From the NCBI RefSeq assembly GCF_009834535.1, contig NC_045696.1:41294001-41358000 (forward strand): a stretch of 64,000 bases of DNA, written 5' to 3'. Under the pieces are notes generated by a model. The model did no database searches and was not told the origin of the DNA. It was given only the letters and a program-made list of their open reading frames with translations. The position numbers and the translations under genes were made by a program. Positions 63,271 through 64,000 of this stretch are shown here, piece after piece. Source of the stretch: Camelus ferus. Lineage: Eukaryota. Position 1 is the first letter of the stretch; each line of letters starts with the position of its first letter.

Positions 63271-63827
63271 TCTACACAGAGGTGATAGTTAAAGACATGG
63301 CTTATAGGTAAGGGAAGATCTCTACTCCACATCTGAGATGGGATAACAAGTAAGCAAAAGAGAAGAGGAAGAGGGTAAGAGAAAAATTTAAAAATTTCAA
63401 CGAAAGAAAGAGTTTAGGACTGGGAGGATGGCCAAACATTCCGTAAAAGAGGTTTAAAAGGTTAAGAACTGAGAAAACTCTCCTGGATCCAGCAATTGAT
63501 CACCAAGAGAAATTTCAGCGGAAAGGTACAAAGAGGATGGAAACCAGTGAAAGGGAATGAAGACTGTCTGGACTATACAGAAATCAAGACTATGAGAGCA
63601 GATCAGTCTGAGAAGCTTCAGGATTAAGACAAGAGAGTGCAAAGCAGCATGGAAGCTATAACAGGGTCAACAGAAGATGCTGTTTGGGGTAGGGACATCT
63701 TGAGCATGTCTGACAGCCAGAGGCAGGGCATCAGTATCAGAGAAGAGGCAAATGTGAAAAGGCAAAGTCTTACAGAATGTGGAAGGGGTGGGATGATGAG
63801 CAGTGTCTGAAGTCGGAAATGTGCTCT

Positions 63828-63951
63828 GGGGTGGAGGTGGGTATAGCTCAGTGGTAGAGTACACGCTTGCCATGCACTAGGTCCTGGGTTCAATCCCTGG
63901 TACCTCTGTTAAAAAATAACCAAATAAGCCTAATTACCCCCCCCCCAAAAA
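63828..63951 (+). mobile_element. Full-length tRNA-derived SINE (camelid Vic-1-like)
   Basis: gggtatagctcagtggtagag...ggtcctgggttcaatccctggtacctc...aaataagcctaattaccccccccccaaaaa; A and B boxes plus the characteristic cctaattacc(c)n tail. Confidence 0.85.
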
Positions 63952-64000
63952 GGAATATTCCTTGGTAAGAACAGAAGAGAGGTAAAGATAAATCTGGGAT

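Larger units (their letters stand above)
1..64000 (-). other. ABI3BP: ABI3BP gene body (partial; internal exons and introns, both ends outside window)
   Basis: Hand-spliced minus-strand exons translate to a continuous protein matching recalled ABI3BP (RFYTIRYREKDKEKKWIFQ...KVNGKIQSTYDQ...VPRKLIP...AKNETLALPAESKTPEVEK...) in the correct order with compatible phases. Confidence 0.97.

Noticed and set aside
303..63893. Supplied six-frame ORFs of 60-109 aa as independent genes
   Set aside because: Short, low-complexity or repeat-derived. Only those overlapping ABI3BP exons on the minus strand (56791..57033, 5642..5872, 2144..2326) contain real coding sequence; recurring ORFs in 1-10 kb just reflect the duplication
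63841..63905. tRNA gene
   Set aside because: Cloverleaf is degenerate and followed by a SINE-specific tail, so it is a tRNA-derived SINE; same for 41879-41989

Overview
Mammalian genomic DNA, AT-rich and mostly intronic, probably camelid judging by its tRNA-derived SINEs. The whole window lies inside one gene on the minus strand, ABI3BP (TARSH/NESH-BP), an extracellular-matrix protein with FN3 domains and a Pro/Thr-rich mucin-like stalk. I read the exons by hand from AG/GT splice sites. They run from the FN3 exon at 56817-56998 (RFYTIRYREKDKEKKW...) through about 30 short exons, almost all symmetric phase 1-1 and 33-99 nt long, to the left edge of the window. Gene start and end lie outside the window. 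The most notable structure is at 1-10.5 kb, a ~3.5 kb three-exon cassette tandemly repeated at least three times. The copies are mosaic, differ in a coding Thr microsatellite, and include exons that are frameshifted, stop-containing or missing their acceptor, so exon birth and death is visible in the stalk. Introns carry ordinary mammalian repeats (L1, MIR, L2, MER5/20/45/58, MLT1, ERV LTRs, camelid SINEs). Nearly all supplied ORFs are spurious. There are no prokaryote-type systems and I see no wholly new gene system. Comparisons to human ABI3BP and repeat family names come from memory and need checking by alignment or RepeatMasker.
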